A model generated the notes under the pieces. It ran no database searches and was not told where the DNA came from. It was given only the letters and a program-made list of their open reading frames with translations. Below are positions 19,755 to 28,487 of a DNA stretch of 48,523 bases, piece by piece (the stretch's first letter is position 1; each line of letters opens with the position of its first letter). The translations under genes were made by a program, and so were the position numbers. The DNA comes from Candidatus Zixiibacteriota bacterium (GTDB lineage Bacteria > Zixibacteria > MSB-5A5 > GN15 > FEB-12): positions 1 to 48,523 of the forward strand of contig JBGSIV010000040.1 of NCBI GenBank assembly GCA_041742355.1, read 5' to 3'.

Positions 19755-21744
19755 AATGTCAACCAACGGCGCCCCGAAAGTCGGCGTCTATGTCTGCCAC
19801 TGCGGCATCAACATCGCCCACACGGTGGACGTCAATGCCTGCACCGCGTTTGCCGCCTCTTTGCCCTATGTCACGGTGGCCCGGGAGTACAAGTTCATGT
19901 GCTCCGACCCGGGCCAGGAGATTATCCAGCAGGATCTCCGCGACGGTAAGATCAACCGCGTCGTCGTCGCCTCCTGCTCGCCGCTCATGCACGAGGGCAC
20001 GTTCCGCAAGGCGACCGCAGTCGGGGGCGGTAACGCCTTCATGTTCCAAATGGCCAACATCCGCGAACACGTGAGCTGGGTTACTCTGGACAAGGAAATG
20101 GCGACCGACAAGGCCAAGGCCCTGATCGCGGCGGCCGTCTCCCGCGTCGTCCACCACGCCCCGCTCGTCCGCAACCGCGTGCCGGTGCACCCTGATGTGA
20201 TGATCGTCGGCGGCGGTATCGCCGGTATCCATGCCGCGCTGACCATGGCCGACGCCGGCAAGAAGGTCTACCTCGTCGAACGCGAACCGACTATCGGCGG
20301 CCACATGGCCAAGTTCGACAAGACCTTCCCCACGCTGGACTGCTCGGCCTGCATTCTGACGCCGAAGATGTCGGCGGTGCGTTCGCACCCGAACATCACC
20401 CTCTGGACCTACTCGGAGGTTGCCGAGGTTTCCGGTTTTGTCGGGAACTTCAAGGTGAAGGTGCGCCGCAAACCCCGCTATGTGAAAGAGGACCAGTGCG
20501 TCGGCTGCCTCGACTGCATCGACGCCTGTATTTATAAGACGGCGAAAGTCCCCGATGAATTCAACGTCGGTCTGAGCAAACGCAAACCGATCTACGTCCC
20601 CTTCCCGCAGGCCACTCCACTGGTGGCGGTGATCGACCCCGAGACCTGTATCGAGTTCAAGACCCACCGCTGCAAGAAATCCTGCGCCGAGGTCTGCCAG
20701 AAGGACGCCATCGACTTCACGCAAACCGAGCAGATCGCGGAGGTCGAGGTCGGTTCGATCATCCTCGCGACCGGTTTCAAGACGTTTGATGCGACTCGAA
20801 TCGCCCGCTATGGCTACGGTAAGTACGCGAATGTCTACACCAGCCTCGAGGTCGAGCGGATGGTCAATGCCGCCGGTCCGACCGCGGGCGAGGTGAAGCT
20901 GGCCGACGGTTCCAAGCCGAAATCGGTTGCGATCGTCCACTGTGTCGGCAGCCGGGATGCCCACACCAACCGCTATTGCTCCCGCGTCTGCTGCATGTAC
21001 TCCCTGAAGCTTGCCCACCTGCTCAAGGAGCGCACCGAAGCGGAGGTCTACAACTTCTACATCGACATGCGCACCCCGGGCAAGGGATACGAGGAGTTCT
21101 ACGACCGCCTGCTCCAGGAGAACGTGCACTTCGTCCGCGGCCGGGTGGCCGAAATCTCCGATTGGGCGATGGAGAAGCAGGAGGAAGGCAAGCTCACGAT
21201 CCGCGTCGAGGATACTCTCGTGGGCGTCGTGCGCCGCATTCCCGTCGACATGGTCGTGCTGTCGGTCGGCCTCGAGCCGCAGGCCGATGCCGACGACGTC
21301 CGCCGCAAATTCAACATCAGCTGCAGCCACGAAGGGTGGTTCCTCGAACGGCATCCCAAGCTGGCCCCGGTGTCGACCTTCACCGACGGTGTCTTTCTCG
21401 CGGGCGCCTGCCAGGGTCCGAAAGACATCCCCGACTCGGTGGCCCAGGCCGGCGCCGCCGCGGCTGAAGCCCTCGCGCTGATAGACCGCGGATATGTCGA
21501 GCTGGAGCCGAACACCGCCTACTCGCGCGAAGAGCTCTGCTCGAGTTGCCACACCTGCGTGGCGCTCTGCCCGTACGGTGCGATCACCTTCGACACCACA
21601 AAGCACGCCGCCGTGGTCAACGGCGCGCTGTGCAAGGGGTGCGGCACGTGCGTCGCCTCCTGCCCGTCGGGCGCCCTCCAGCAGAACCTCTTCACCGACG
21701 AGCAGATTTTCGAAGAAATCAAGGGAGTGTTGAAATATGTCTGA
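19744..21744 (+). CDS. hdrA: Heterodisulfide reductase subunit A (FAD, Fe-S)
   Basis: VGVYVCHCG.NIA, GGGIAG, DKTFPTLDCSAC, HCVGSRD, YCSRVCCMY and GACQGPKDIP motifs; C-terminal ferredoxin. Confidence 0.95.
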   Translation: MSAEMSTNGAPKVGVYVCHCGINIAHTVDVNACTAFAASLPYVTVAREYKFMCSDPGQEIIQQDLRDGKINRVVVASCSPLMHEGTFRKATAVGGGNAFMFQMANIREHVSWVTLDKEMATDKAKALIAAAVSRVVHHAPLVRNRVPVHPDVMIVGGGIAGIHAALTMADAGKKVYLVEREPTIGGHMAKFDKTFPTLDCSACILTPKMSAVRSHPNITLWTYSEVAEVSGFVGNFKVKVRRKPRYVKEDQCVGCLDCIDACIYKTAKVPDEFNVGLSKRKPIYVPFPQATPLVAVIDPETCIEFKTHRCKKSCAEVCQKDAIDFTQTEQIAEVEVGSIILATGFKTFDATRIARYGYGKYANVYTSLEVERMVNAAGPTAGEVKLADGSKPKSVAIVHCVGSRDAHTNRYCSRVCCMYSLKLAHLLKERTEAEVYNFYIDMRTPGKGYEEFYDRLLQENVHFVRGRVAEISDWAMEKQEEGKLTIRVEDTLVGVVRRIPVDMVVLSVGLEPQADADDVRRKFNISCSHEGWFLERHPKLAPVSTFTDGVFLAGACQGPKDIPDSVAQAGAAAAEALALIDRGYVELEPNTAYSREELCSSCHTCVALCPYGAITFDTTKHAAVVNGALCKGCGTCVASCPSGALQQNLFTDEQIFEEIKGVLKYV

Positions 21745-22249
21745 TTCCACGACCCCGCAGAACTTCGAACCGAGGATCGTCGCCTTCTTCTGCAACTGGT
21801 GCACTTACACGGCCGCGGATCTGGCCGGCACCGCCCGCATGAAGTATGCGGCGAATGTCCGGGTGATCCGCACCATGTGCTCCGGGCGCTTCGATCCCCA
21901 GTTCGTCTTCGCCGCCTTCCGCGAGGGAGCCGACGCTGTCCTGTTGGGCGGCTGCCATCCCGGCGACTGCCACTACATGGAGGGGAACTACAAGGCCCTG
22001 CGCCGTTTCTTCCTCATGCGCCGGTTCCTCGAATCGATGGGCATCGAGCGGGACCGCATCCGCCTGGAGTGGATCGCCGCCTCCGAGGGAGACAAGGTCC
22101 AGCGGACGATCAATGACATGACCGCGGCTGTGCGCGCCCTCGGGCCACTTTCCATGGAGAAGCGGGCGCTGCTCCACTCGGCGGATCTCTCCGCCGCCAT
22201 CGACAAGCCCGAATCCCGGCCGGCCGCCACCAAGGGAGGTGCCGCGTGA
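21737..22249 (+). CDS. mvhD: MvhD/FlpD hydrogenase Fe-S subunit
   Basis: FFCNWCTY.AAD, MCSGR, GCHPGDCHY and WIAASEG motifs. Confidence 0.92.
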   Translation: MSDSTTPQNFEPRIVAFFCNWCTYTAADLAGTARMKYAANVRVIRTMCSGRFDPQFVFAAFREGADAVLLGGCHPGDCHYMEGNYKALRRFFLMRRFLESMGIERDRIRLEWIAASEGDKVQRTINDMTAAVRALGPLSMEKRALLHSADLSAAIDKPESRPAATKGGAA

Positions 22250-23235
22250 GCAAACCGAAAGTAGCATTCTACTGGTGCGCCGCCTGCGGCGGCTGCGAAG
22301 AAGCGGTCGTCGATCTGAACGAGGCCATCCTCGGCGTCGTCAACGCCGTTGATATCGTCTTCTGGCCGGTTGCGCTCGATTTCAAGCGCACCGATGTTGA
22401 GGCGATGCCCGACAAATCGATCGCGGTCTGCTTCATCAACGGCGCTATCCGCAACTCCGAGCAATTCGAAATGGTCGAGCTGCTGCGCAGGAAATCCCAG
22501 CTTGTCGTCGCTTTCGGCAGCTGCGCTCATCTGGGCGGCGTGCCCGGCCTCGGCAACCTCTTCGGCCGGGATGCCCTGACGGCCACGGCCTACCACGACG
22601 TCCCGTCAATCGCGAACGGCAGCAACGTGAAACCGGTAGAGGAATCCAAAACTCCCGAGGGAACTCTGAGCCTTCCCAAGCTGTGGAACACCGTCAAGTC
22701 GCTCGAACAGACGATCGATGTCGACTATTATCTCCCCGGGTGTCCGCCGCCGGTGAAGCTGATTGTCGGAGCGGTTGAAGCCATTCTCGCGGGCAAACTG
22801 CCGGCGAAGGGTGCTACTTTGGCCCCCGATATCGCTCTCTGCGATGAGTGTTCCCGCAAGGATACCAAGCCCGAGAAGCTGACGGTCACGAAGTTTCACC
22901 GCCCGCACGAAATCGTGATTGATGACGAGAAGTGCCTGCTCGCGCAGGGCCTCCTCTGCCTCGGTCCGGTGACCCGCAAGGGGTGCGAAGGCGCCTGCAC
23001 ATCGGTGAATATGCCCTGCACCGGCTGCATGGGCCCGACCAGCCGCGTCGAGGATTTCGGCGCCAAGGCTCTCTCCGCCATCGCCTCGATCATTGAAGCC
23101 AAGACCGACGACGAGATCGTTGCTGTTCTGGACAAGATTGTCGATCCGGCGGGAACGTTCTACCGCTACAGCCTCCCGGCGTCGCTGCTCCATCGACGCC
23201 GCGAACCTCAAAGTGAGGGGGTACATAAGTCATGA
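22246..23235 (+). CDS. mvhG: Group 3c NiFe hydrogenase small subunit
   Basis: CAACGGC, GSCAHLGG, PGCPP, CLGPVT..GC...C and PCTGCMG motifs. Confidence 0.88.
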   Translation: MSKPKVAFYWCAACGGCEEAVVDLNEAILGVVNAVDIVFWPVALDFKRTDVEAMPDKSIAVCFINGAIRNSEQFEMVELLRRKSQLVVAFGSCAHLGGVPGLGNLFGRDALTATAYHDVPSIANGSNVKPVEESKTPEGTLSLPKLWNTVKSLEQTIDVDYYLPGCPPPVKLIVGAVEAILAGKLPAKGATLAPDIALCDECSRKDTKPEKLTVTKFHRPHEIVIDDEKCLLAQGLLCLGPVTRKGCEGACTSVNMPCTGCMGPTSRVEDFGAKALSAIASIIEAKTDDEIVAVLDKIVDPAGTFYRYSLPASLLHRRREPQSEGVHKS

Positions 23236-24695
23236 CCCGCCGCATTAGTATAGACCCCATCACGCGCCTCGAGGGGCATGGCAAGATCGACATTTTTCTC
23301 AACGACCAGGGAAATGTCGACCACGCCTACTTCCAAGTCCCCGAACTGCGCGGATTCGAGCGGTTCGCTCACGGCCGGCCGTCGGAAGACATGCCGCAGA
23401 TCACGTCCCGCATCTGTGGCGTCTGCCCGACCGCGCACCACATGGCGTCGACCAGGGCGCTCGATGACCTCTACAAAGTCGAGCCGACCCGCGCTGCGCA
23501 CAAAGTGCGCGAGCTGCTGTACAGCATCTTCTTTGTCGAGGATCACGCCCTGCACTTCTTCTACCTCGGCGGCCCTGACTTTGTCGTGGGGCCCACCGCG
23601 CCCAAAGCCGAACGCAACATCCTCGGCGTCCTCGGCAAGGTGGGCATCGAGACCGGCCAGAAGGTCATCGCGATGCGCCGCGAGCTGCGCGAGCTGATGT
23701 CGCTGGCGATGGGCAAGGCGATTCACCCGGCGTTCGGCCTGCCGGGCGGCATTTCGCGGGCTATCGCTCCGGAACATCAGAAGCAGTTTATCGAGGTTGC
23801 CGACCGGGCGGTCGAATTCGGCAAGTTCAGCTTGAAGATCTTCGACGATATCGTGCTGGCGAACAAGACCTATGTCGATTACATCACCTCCGACGCCTAC
23901 ACTCACAGGACCTACTACATGGGTCTGGTGGACCAGAACAACAAGGTGAATTTCTACGACGGCCAGCTCCGCGTAGTAAGCCCCGACGGCAAGGAACTCG
24001 CGAAGTTCGCCGGCAGGGATTACCTCAATCACCTCGCCGAGCATGTCGAGCCGTGGAGCTACATGAAGTTCACCTTCCTGAAGAATGTCGGATGGAAGGG
24101 CTTCAATGACGGTCCCGACAGCGGGATTGTCTCGGTCGCGCCGCTCGCCCGGCTCAACGCCTCCGACGGCATGGCGACCCCGCTGGCGCAGGAGGCTTAC
24201 GATCGATTCTACAAAACCCTCGGTGGCAAACCGGTGCACCACACCCTGGCCAACCACTGGGCGCGTTTGATCGAACTGCTCTACGCCGCCGAACGTATGC
24301 GCGAACTGGCGAAGGATCCCGATATCGTCAGCAAGGATGTCCGGGTAATCCCGACGAAGACGCCGTCGGAAGGGATCGGCGTGGTTGAAGCCCCCCGCGG
24401 CACGCTGATTCACCACTACAAAACCGATGAGCACGGTCTCATCACCATGGCCAACCTGATTGTCGCCACTCAGAATAACGCCGCGCGCATCGCTTTGTCG
24501 GTCGACAAAGCCGCCCGCGGTGTTATTAGCCAGGGTAAGGTCGACGACGGCGTGCTGAACCTCGTCGAAATGGCCTTCCGGGCGTATGATCCCTGCAACG
24601 GCTGTGCTACCCATACTCTGCCGGGGACTATGCCGCTCCTGGTCCGGGTGTACGACACCGAGCACAACCTGAAACAGGAGATCCGGCGAGGGTAA
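23232..24695 (+). CDS. mvhA: Group 3c NiFe hydrogenase large subunit
   Basis: ITRLEGHG; L1 motif RICGVC; EAPRGTLIHHY; L2 motif RAYDPCNGCATH followed by a cleavable C-terminal tail. Confidence 0.92.
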   Translation: MTRRISIDPITRLEGHGKIDIFLNDQGNVDHAYFQVPELRGFERFAHGRPSEDMPQITSRICGVCPTAHHMASTRALDDLYKVEPTRAAHKVRELLYSIFFVEDHALHFFYLGGPDFVVGPTAPKAERNILGVLGKVGIETGQKVIAMRRELRELMSLAMGKAIHPAFGLPGGISRAIAPEHQKQFIEVADRAVEFGKFSLKIFDDIVLANKTYVDYITSDAYTHRTYYMGLVDQNNKVNFYDGQLRVVSPDGKELAKFAGRDYLNHLAEHVEPWSYMKFTFLKNVGWKGFNDGPDSGIVSVAPLARLNASDGMATPLAQEAYDRFYKTLGGKPVHHTLANHWARLIELLYAAERMRELAKDPDIVSKDVRVIPTKTPSEGIGVVEAPRGTLIHHYKTDEHGLITMANLIVATQNNAARIALSVDKAARGVISQGKVDDGVLNLVEMAFRAYDPCNGCATHTLPGTMPLLVRVYDTEHNLKQEIRRG

Positions 24696-24696
24696 T

Positions 24697-25203
24697 ATGA
24701 AGCCGATAGTCCTGGGATTGGGAAACGACCTGCTCGGCGACGATGCGATCGGCCTATTAGCCGTTCGCCGCATTCAGGAACTGGTTGGTGATGAGGTCGA
24801 TGCGATCGAGTGCCGGTGCGCCGGGTTATCTCTACTTGACCCGCTATCGGGGCGGACCCATGCGATCATCGTTGATGCCATAGTCACCGGACAGCAACCA
24901 GTGGGAACGATCTACCGGATCGTCCCGGCGGATCTTCGCGATGTCACCAACCTCTCCCCTCACTATGCCGGGTTGCCGGAGGTAATTCGCATGGCCGGGC
25001 ATCTCGGGCTGGCCTTTCCGGACGAGATTGAGATCATCGCCATCGAGGCGGGTGATGTCACTACTATCGGCGCCGGATTGACTCCGGCAGTGGCCGAGGC
25101 GCTTGACGAAGTGGTGCAGCAGGTGATCGAAATCGTGCGGCGGTGGCAGGTGGAGGCACCGATTATCGCTAAACCGGCACGGCGGCCGAGGCCGGCAATC
25201 TGA
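24697..25203 (+). CDS. Hydrogenase maturation protease
   Basis: GLGNDLLGDDAIG, IIVDA and SPH motifs; follows the large subunit. Confidence 0.9.
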   Translation: MKPIVLGLGNDLLGDDAIGLLAVRRIQELVGDEVDAIECRCAGLSLLDPLSGRTHAIIVDAIVTGQQPVGTIYRIVPADLRDVTNLSPHYAGLPEVIRMAGHLGLAFPDEIEIIAIEAGDVTTIGAGLTPAVAEALDEVVQQVIEIVRRWQVEAPIIAKPARRPRPAI

Positions 25204-25227
25204 TCGTTTGCACATTGGGCATTTAGG

Positions 25228-25266
25228 AAGTACCCCGACCGTTTCTGGCCGGGGTACTTTTTGCTT
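25228..25266 (+). terminator. Intrinsic terminator of the hdr-mvh operon
   Basis: AAGTACCCCGACC-gtttct-GGCCGGGGTACTT followed by a T-rich run. Confidence 0.8.
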
Positions 25267-25411
25267 TTCGGCGTATTGTCACAGCGACAAATATCCGCTC
25301 AATTGTCATTATGACAGAATTTTCTTCCCTTTGTCTAACTTTTCCTCGAACATTCTTCCGAAAATCCCGTTACTACCGCGTATGGAGATATCAAACCAGG
25401 GGAAGAACGGT

Positions 25412-25888
25412 ATGATCGACGAAACCGACCGCAAAATACTCGATCTGCTCCAGCGGGATGCCCGGACACCCAATGCCGCGATCGCCCGCGAGGTTGACAT
25501 GGCCCCGTCAGCCGTCTTCGAACGCATTCGCAAGTTGACCGAGAAGGGGTATGTGAAAGCCTACGAAGCGCGGCTTTCGGCTTCAAAGCTCGGCCTTGGA
25601 CTTCTGGCATTCGTTCATGTCCGCACGAACGAACTGGCCAACCAGTCGCTCGCAGCATACGACCTGGCGGCGATCCCCGAGGTGCAGGAGGTCTACAACA
25701 TCGCCGGGGAGGATTGCTATCTCCTGAAGGTCCGGGCCGGCAGCACGGAAGAACTGGGGAGACTGCTCCGCGAAAAGGTTGGGGCGATTCCCCAGGTCGT
25801 ATCGACCCGCACAACCATCGTCATGGAAACATACAAGGAAACGAACTACCTGCCGCTCGATCAGGCGGTCCGGGCAAACTGCGACTAA
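25412..25888 (+). CDS. Lrp/AsnC-family transcriptional regulator
   Basis: IDETDRKILDLLQRDAR HTH and EV..VYNIAGEDCYLLKV RAM domain. Confidence 0.92.
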   Translation: MIDETDRKILDLLQRDARTPNAAIAREVDMAPSAVFERIRKLTEKGYVKAYEARLSASKLGLGLLAFVHVRTNELANQSLAAYDLAAIPEVQEVYNIAGEDCYLLKVRAGSTEELGRLLREKVGAIPQVVSTRTTIVMETYKETNYLPLDQAVRANCD

Positions 25889-25903
25889 ACCTGTTGAGGA
25901 TGT

Positions 25904-26878
25904 ATGGGAAAAGGGACCGATCGGCTGAAACTGGTGCTTGCGTTTGCCGCGATCTACATCATTTGGGGCTCGACCTACCTCGGGATTCGGTACGCCATCG
26001 AGACGATTCCGGCGCTCGCGATGGCCTCGATTCGCTTCCTGCTGGCCGGGCCGCTCTTCATGGGATTCGCCCTTCTGGCCGGCGCACCGATGCCGACCAG
26101 ACGGCAGTGGCGCGACGGCTTTCTCGTCGGAACACTCATGCTGGCGGGCGGCACGGGAACGGTCACCTGGGCGGAGCAGTGGGTCCCCTCGGGCCTTGCG
26201 GCGCTCCTGGTGGCGGTGATGCCGATGTGGATCCTGCTGGTGGATTGGCTCCGGCCGAATGGCGTCCGCCCGGGCATCCCGGCGGTGATCGGTCTGGTAA
26301 TCGGATTCATCGGGGTCGTGCTGCTGCTCGATGCCGATCTCGGCTTGGGTGACGGCTACCTTGGAGCGGCCGTGGCCGTGGTGTTTGCAAGCCTGTTCTG
26401 GGCCTCGGGTTCGATCCTGTCGCGCCATACTGATTCGCCGAAGTCGCAGATCATGTCGACCGGACTGAAGATGTTATTGGGCGGGGTCTCGCTGGCCGTC
26501 GTAGCGGCGCTCGCCGGCGAATGGGGTGAGTTCCGGCCGCTTGAAATATCGCTGAGATCGGGGCTGGCCCTCACCTACCTGATCACGATCGGATCGGTGG
26601 CGTTTGTGGCGTATATCTGGCTTCTGAAAGCATCGTCCCCCGAGAAAGCCGCAACTTACGCCTACGTAAATCCGGCGGTGGCGGTGATCCTCGGGACACT
26701 ACTCGCCGGAGAGCCGTTCACGGCCAAAACGGCGATCGCTTCGGTTATCATTATCGCCTCAGTACTCATAGTCGTGACGTATGGCCGGAAGCCGGAAGCG
26801 GCGGCAGTCAAAGAGATTCACGCCTCCCCTGCGCCATCAGTCGCTCCGGTGCCGGACGCCGACAACAAGGTTGCCTGA
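25904..26878 (+). CDS. EamA/DMT-family transporter (YedA-like)
   Basis: IYIIWGSTYL, SGLAALL and YAYVNPAVAV motifs; about 10 TM segments. Confidence 0.9.
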   Translation: MGKGTDRLKLVLAFAAIYIIWGSTYLGIRYAIETIPALAMASIRFLLAGPLFMGFALLAGAPMPTRRQWRDGFLVGTLMLAGGTGTVTWAEQWVPSGLAALLVAVMPMWILLVDWLRPNGVRPGIPAVIGLVIGFIGVVLLLDADLGLGDGYLGAAVAVVFASLFWASGSILSRHTDSPKSQIMSTGLKMLLGGVSLAVVAALAGEWGEFRPLEISLRSGLALTYLITIGSVAFVAYIWLLKASSPEKAATYAYVNPAVAVILGTLLAGEPFTAKTAIASVIIIASVLIVVTYGRKPEAAAVKEIHASPAPSVAPVPDADNKVA

Positions 26879-26894
26879 GAGGAGACAGAAGCAC

Positions 26895-27458
26895 ATGTGC
26901 GAACATGTCAATAACCCCGCAGAACTAATCAATATGCGGCGGAAAGATCGGGCCAAGGATGACGCGTGGATCCAGGAGATAGTGACATCAGCAGGGTTCT
27001 GCAGCATCGCCACGGTCGACGGTCACCAGCCATTCATCAATACGGTCACGTTCGTTTACGATTCGAACGAACACTCCATCTATTTCCATACCGCCAAACA
27101 GGGGCGTCTCCGCGGCAATGTCGACCGGGGATCCCGAGTGTGCGCGACTGTTGCCGAGATGGGCCGCCTCCTGCCCGCCCGAACCGCCCGGAGTTTTTCA
27201 GTCGAGTTCCGCAGTGTCGTCATGTTCGGCCGTATCTCTATCATAGAGGATCTCGACACCGGCACCGCCGCGATGCAGCTGTTCATGGACAAGTACTTTC
27301 CGCACTTGAAGCCCGGCGACGACTACCGGGCGATCCAGCCTCATGAGATTGAAGAGATTTCGATCTACCGCATAGATATCGAGGCCTGGTCGGGCAAGGA
27401 GAAGAGGGCGGATGACGACGCCCAGGGGGCGTTCTACTGGGGCGAGCAGGAGGCGTAG
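26895..27458 (+). CDS. Pyridoxamine 5'-phosphate oxidase-like / NimA-type flavin-binding protein
   Basis: MRRKDR, IYFHTAKQG, FRSVVMFG and WSGK motifs; GGAG SD. Confidence 0.8.
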   Translation: MCEHVNNPAELINMRRKDRAKDDAWIQEIVTSAGFCSIATVDGHQPFINTVTFVYDSNEHSIYFHTAKQGRLRGNVDRGSRVCATVAEMGRLLPARTARSFSVEFRSVVMFGRISIIEDLDTGTAAMQLFMDKYFPHLKPGDDYRAIQPHEIEEISIYRIDIEAWSGKEKRADDDAQGAFYWGEQEA

Positions 27459-27479
27459 CGCGGCACCGGTCATTATATG

Positions 27480-28487
27480 TTAGCGGCCGAGCAGGTCCAG
27501 ATGCCAGAGATCGCGGTGGGAGGTTCCCAGGAAGGGATGAATCGCGAGCCGACCGGTCCGACCGATGCTCTCCTCAAGGAATTTCAACTCGCGCAGTTTG
27601 GCGGTAAACGACTCATCGGGAGATAAGTTCGCTCCTGCTTCCCGAGCCAGCAGCAATCCCTTGGCCTGAATCGATAGTTCGATATGGAGCTGAAGGTAGC
27701 AGAACATGTCGGCCACCACTGACGGGGGGAAGTGCTCGGTCAACGACTCGAGGTATTTGCCGATTCGACTCTCGGATAAAGCCCCCGACGAGATCAGCGT
27801 CCAGAGTTCCATGTCGGCATCCAGCCCCTCTCCCAGCCAGTGCCGCGTCGCCTTTTCGCTGCGCGAGAAAACCACCACAATCAGAAGCGGAAAACAGACC
27901 AGGAGCAGGGCGGTCATCAATATCGGCGGCAGGATGAAATGGTTGAAGATCGAATGCAGCGCGGCCGCCACTAACAGCGACGGCCCGAAAACGAGGAGCG
28001 GCTTCTCCCCCGCCCGGCTGCTCAGATAGCGCGCGAGGATCGCGAAAATGGCGGTCGTGCCACCGTGCATCGACGCGGTTCCCAACCCTCGGATCACCCA
28101 GAGCACGAGATGGGTGTCGCCGACCGTCTGAAGGTAGTACAGGTTTTCAATCACCGCAAAGCCGGCGCCGACCGCAAAACCGTAAATTGCGGCATCGACC
28201 ATAAAGCCCACCCGCCGCGTGCGCACGAGGTAAATCACCCAGAGCGCTTTCAGCGTCTCCTCGATGAGCGGGGCGATATAGCGGGTGAAGGTCTGGGTCT
28301 GCAGATCGAACGACTGGATCATCGCCCGGTTGATCACAAACGCAGCACCGGCGGCGAGCCCGCCGATAACGAGAGCCGCCAGCACCGATCGCATTCCCAC
28401 CAGCTTGAAACTGTCCAGAAACAGAAGGGCCGCCAGGAATCCGAGTACGGGCAGCAGGCTGAAGATGACATCGAGCAATGCGTTCAC
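27480..28487 (-). CDS. PrsW-family glutamic-type intramembrane protease
   Basis: APLIEETLK, GFAVGAGFAVIEN, MHG and LHSIFN motifs; multiple TMs. GTG start overlaps the upstream stop. Confidence 0.88.
   Translation of the reverse strand: MNALLDVIFSLLPVLGFLAALLFLDSFKLVGMRSVLAALVIGGLAAGAAFVINRAMIQSFDLQTQTFTRYIAPLIEETLKALWVIYLVRTRRVGFMVDAAIYGFAVGAGFAVIENLYYLQTVGDTHLVLWVIRGLGTASMHGGTTAIFAILARYLSSRAGEKPLLVFGPSLLVAAALHSIFNHFILPPILMTALLLVCFPLLIVVVFSRSEKATRHWLGEGLDADMELWTLISSGALSESRIGKYLESLTEHFPPSVVADMFCYLQLHIELSIQAKGLLLAREAGANLSPDESFTAKLRELKFLEESIGRTGRLAIHPFLGTSHRDLWHLDLLGR

Noticed and set aside
19744..24695. Selenocysteine recoding in HdrA/MvhD/MvhA
   Set aside because: All ORFs are uninterrupted, with Cys at the relevant motifs.
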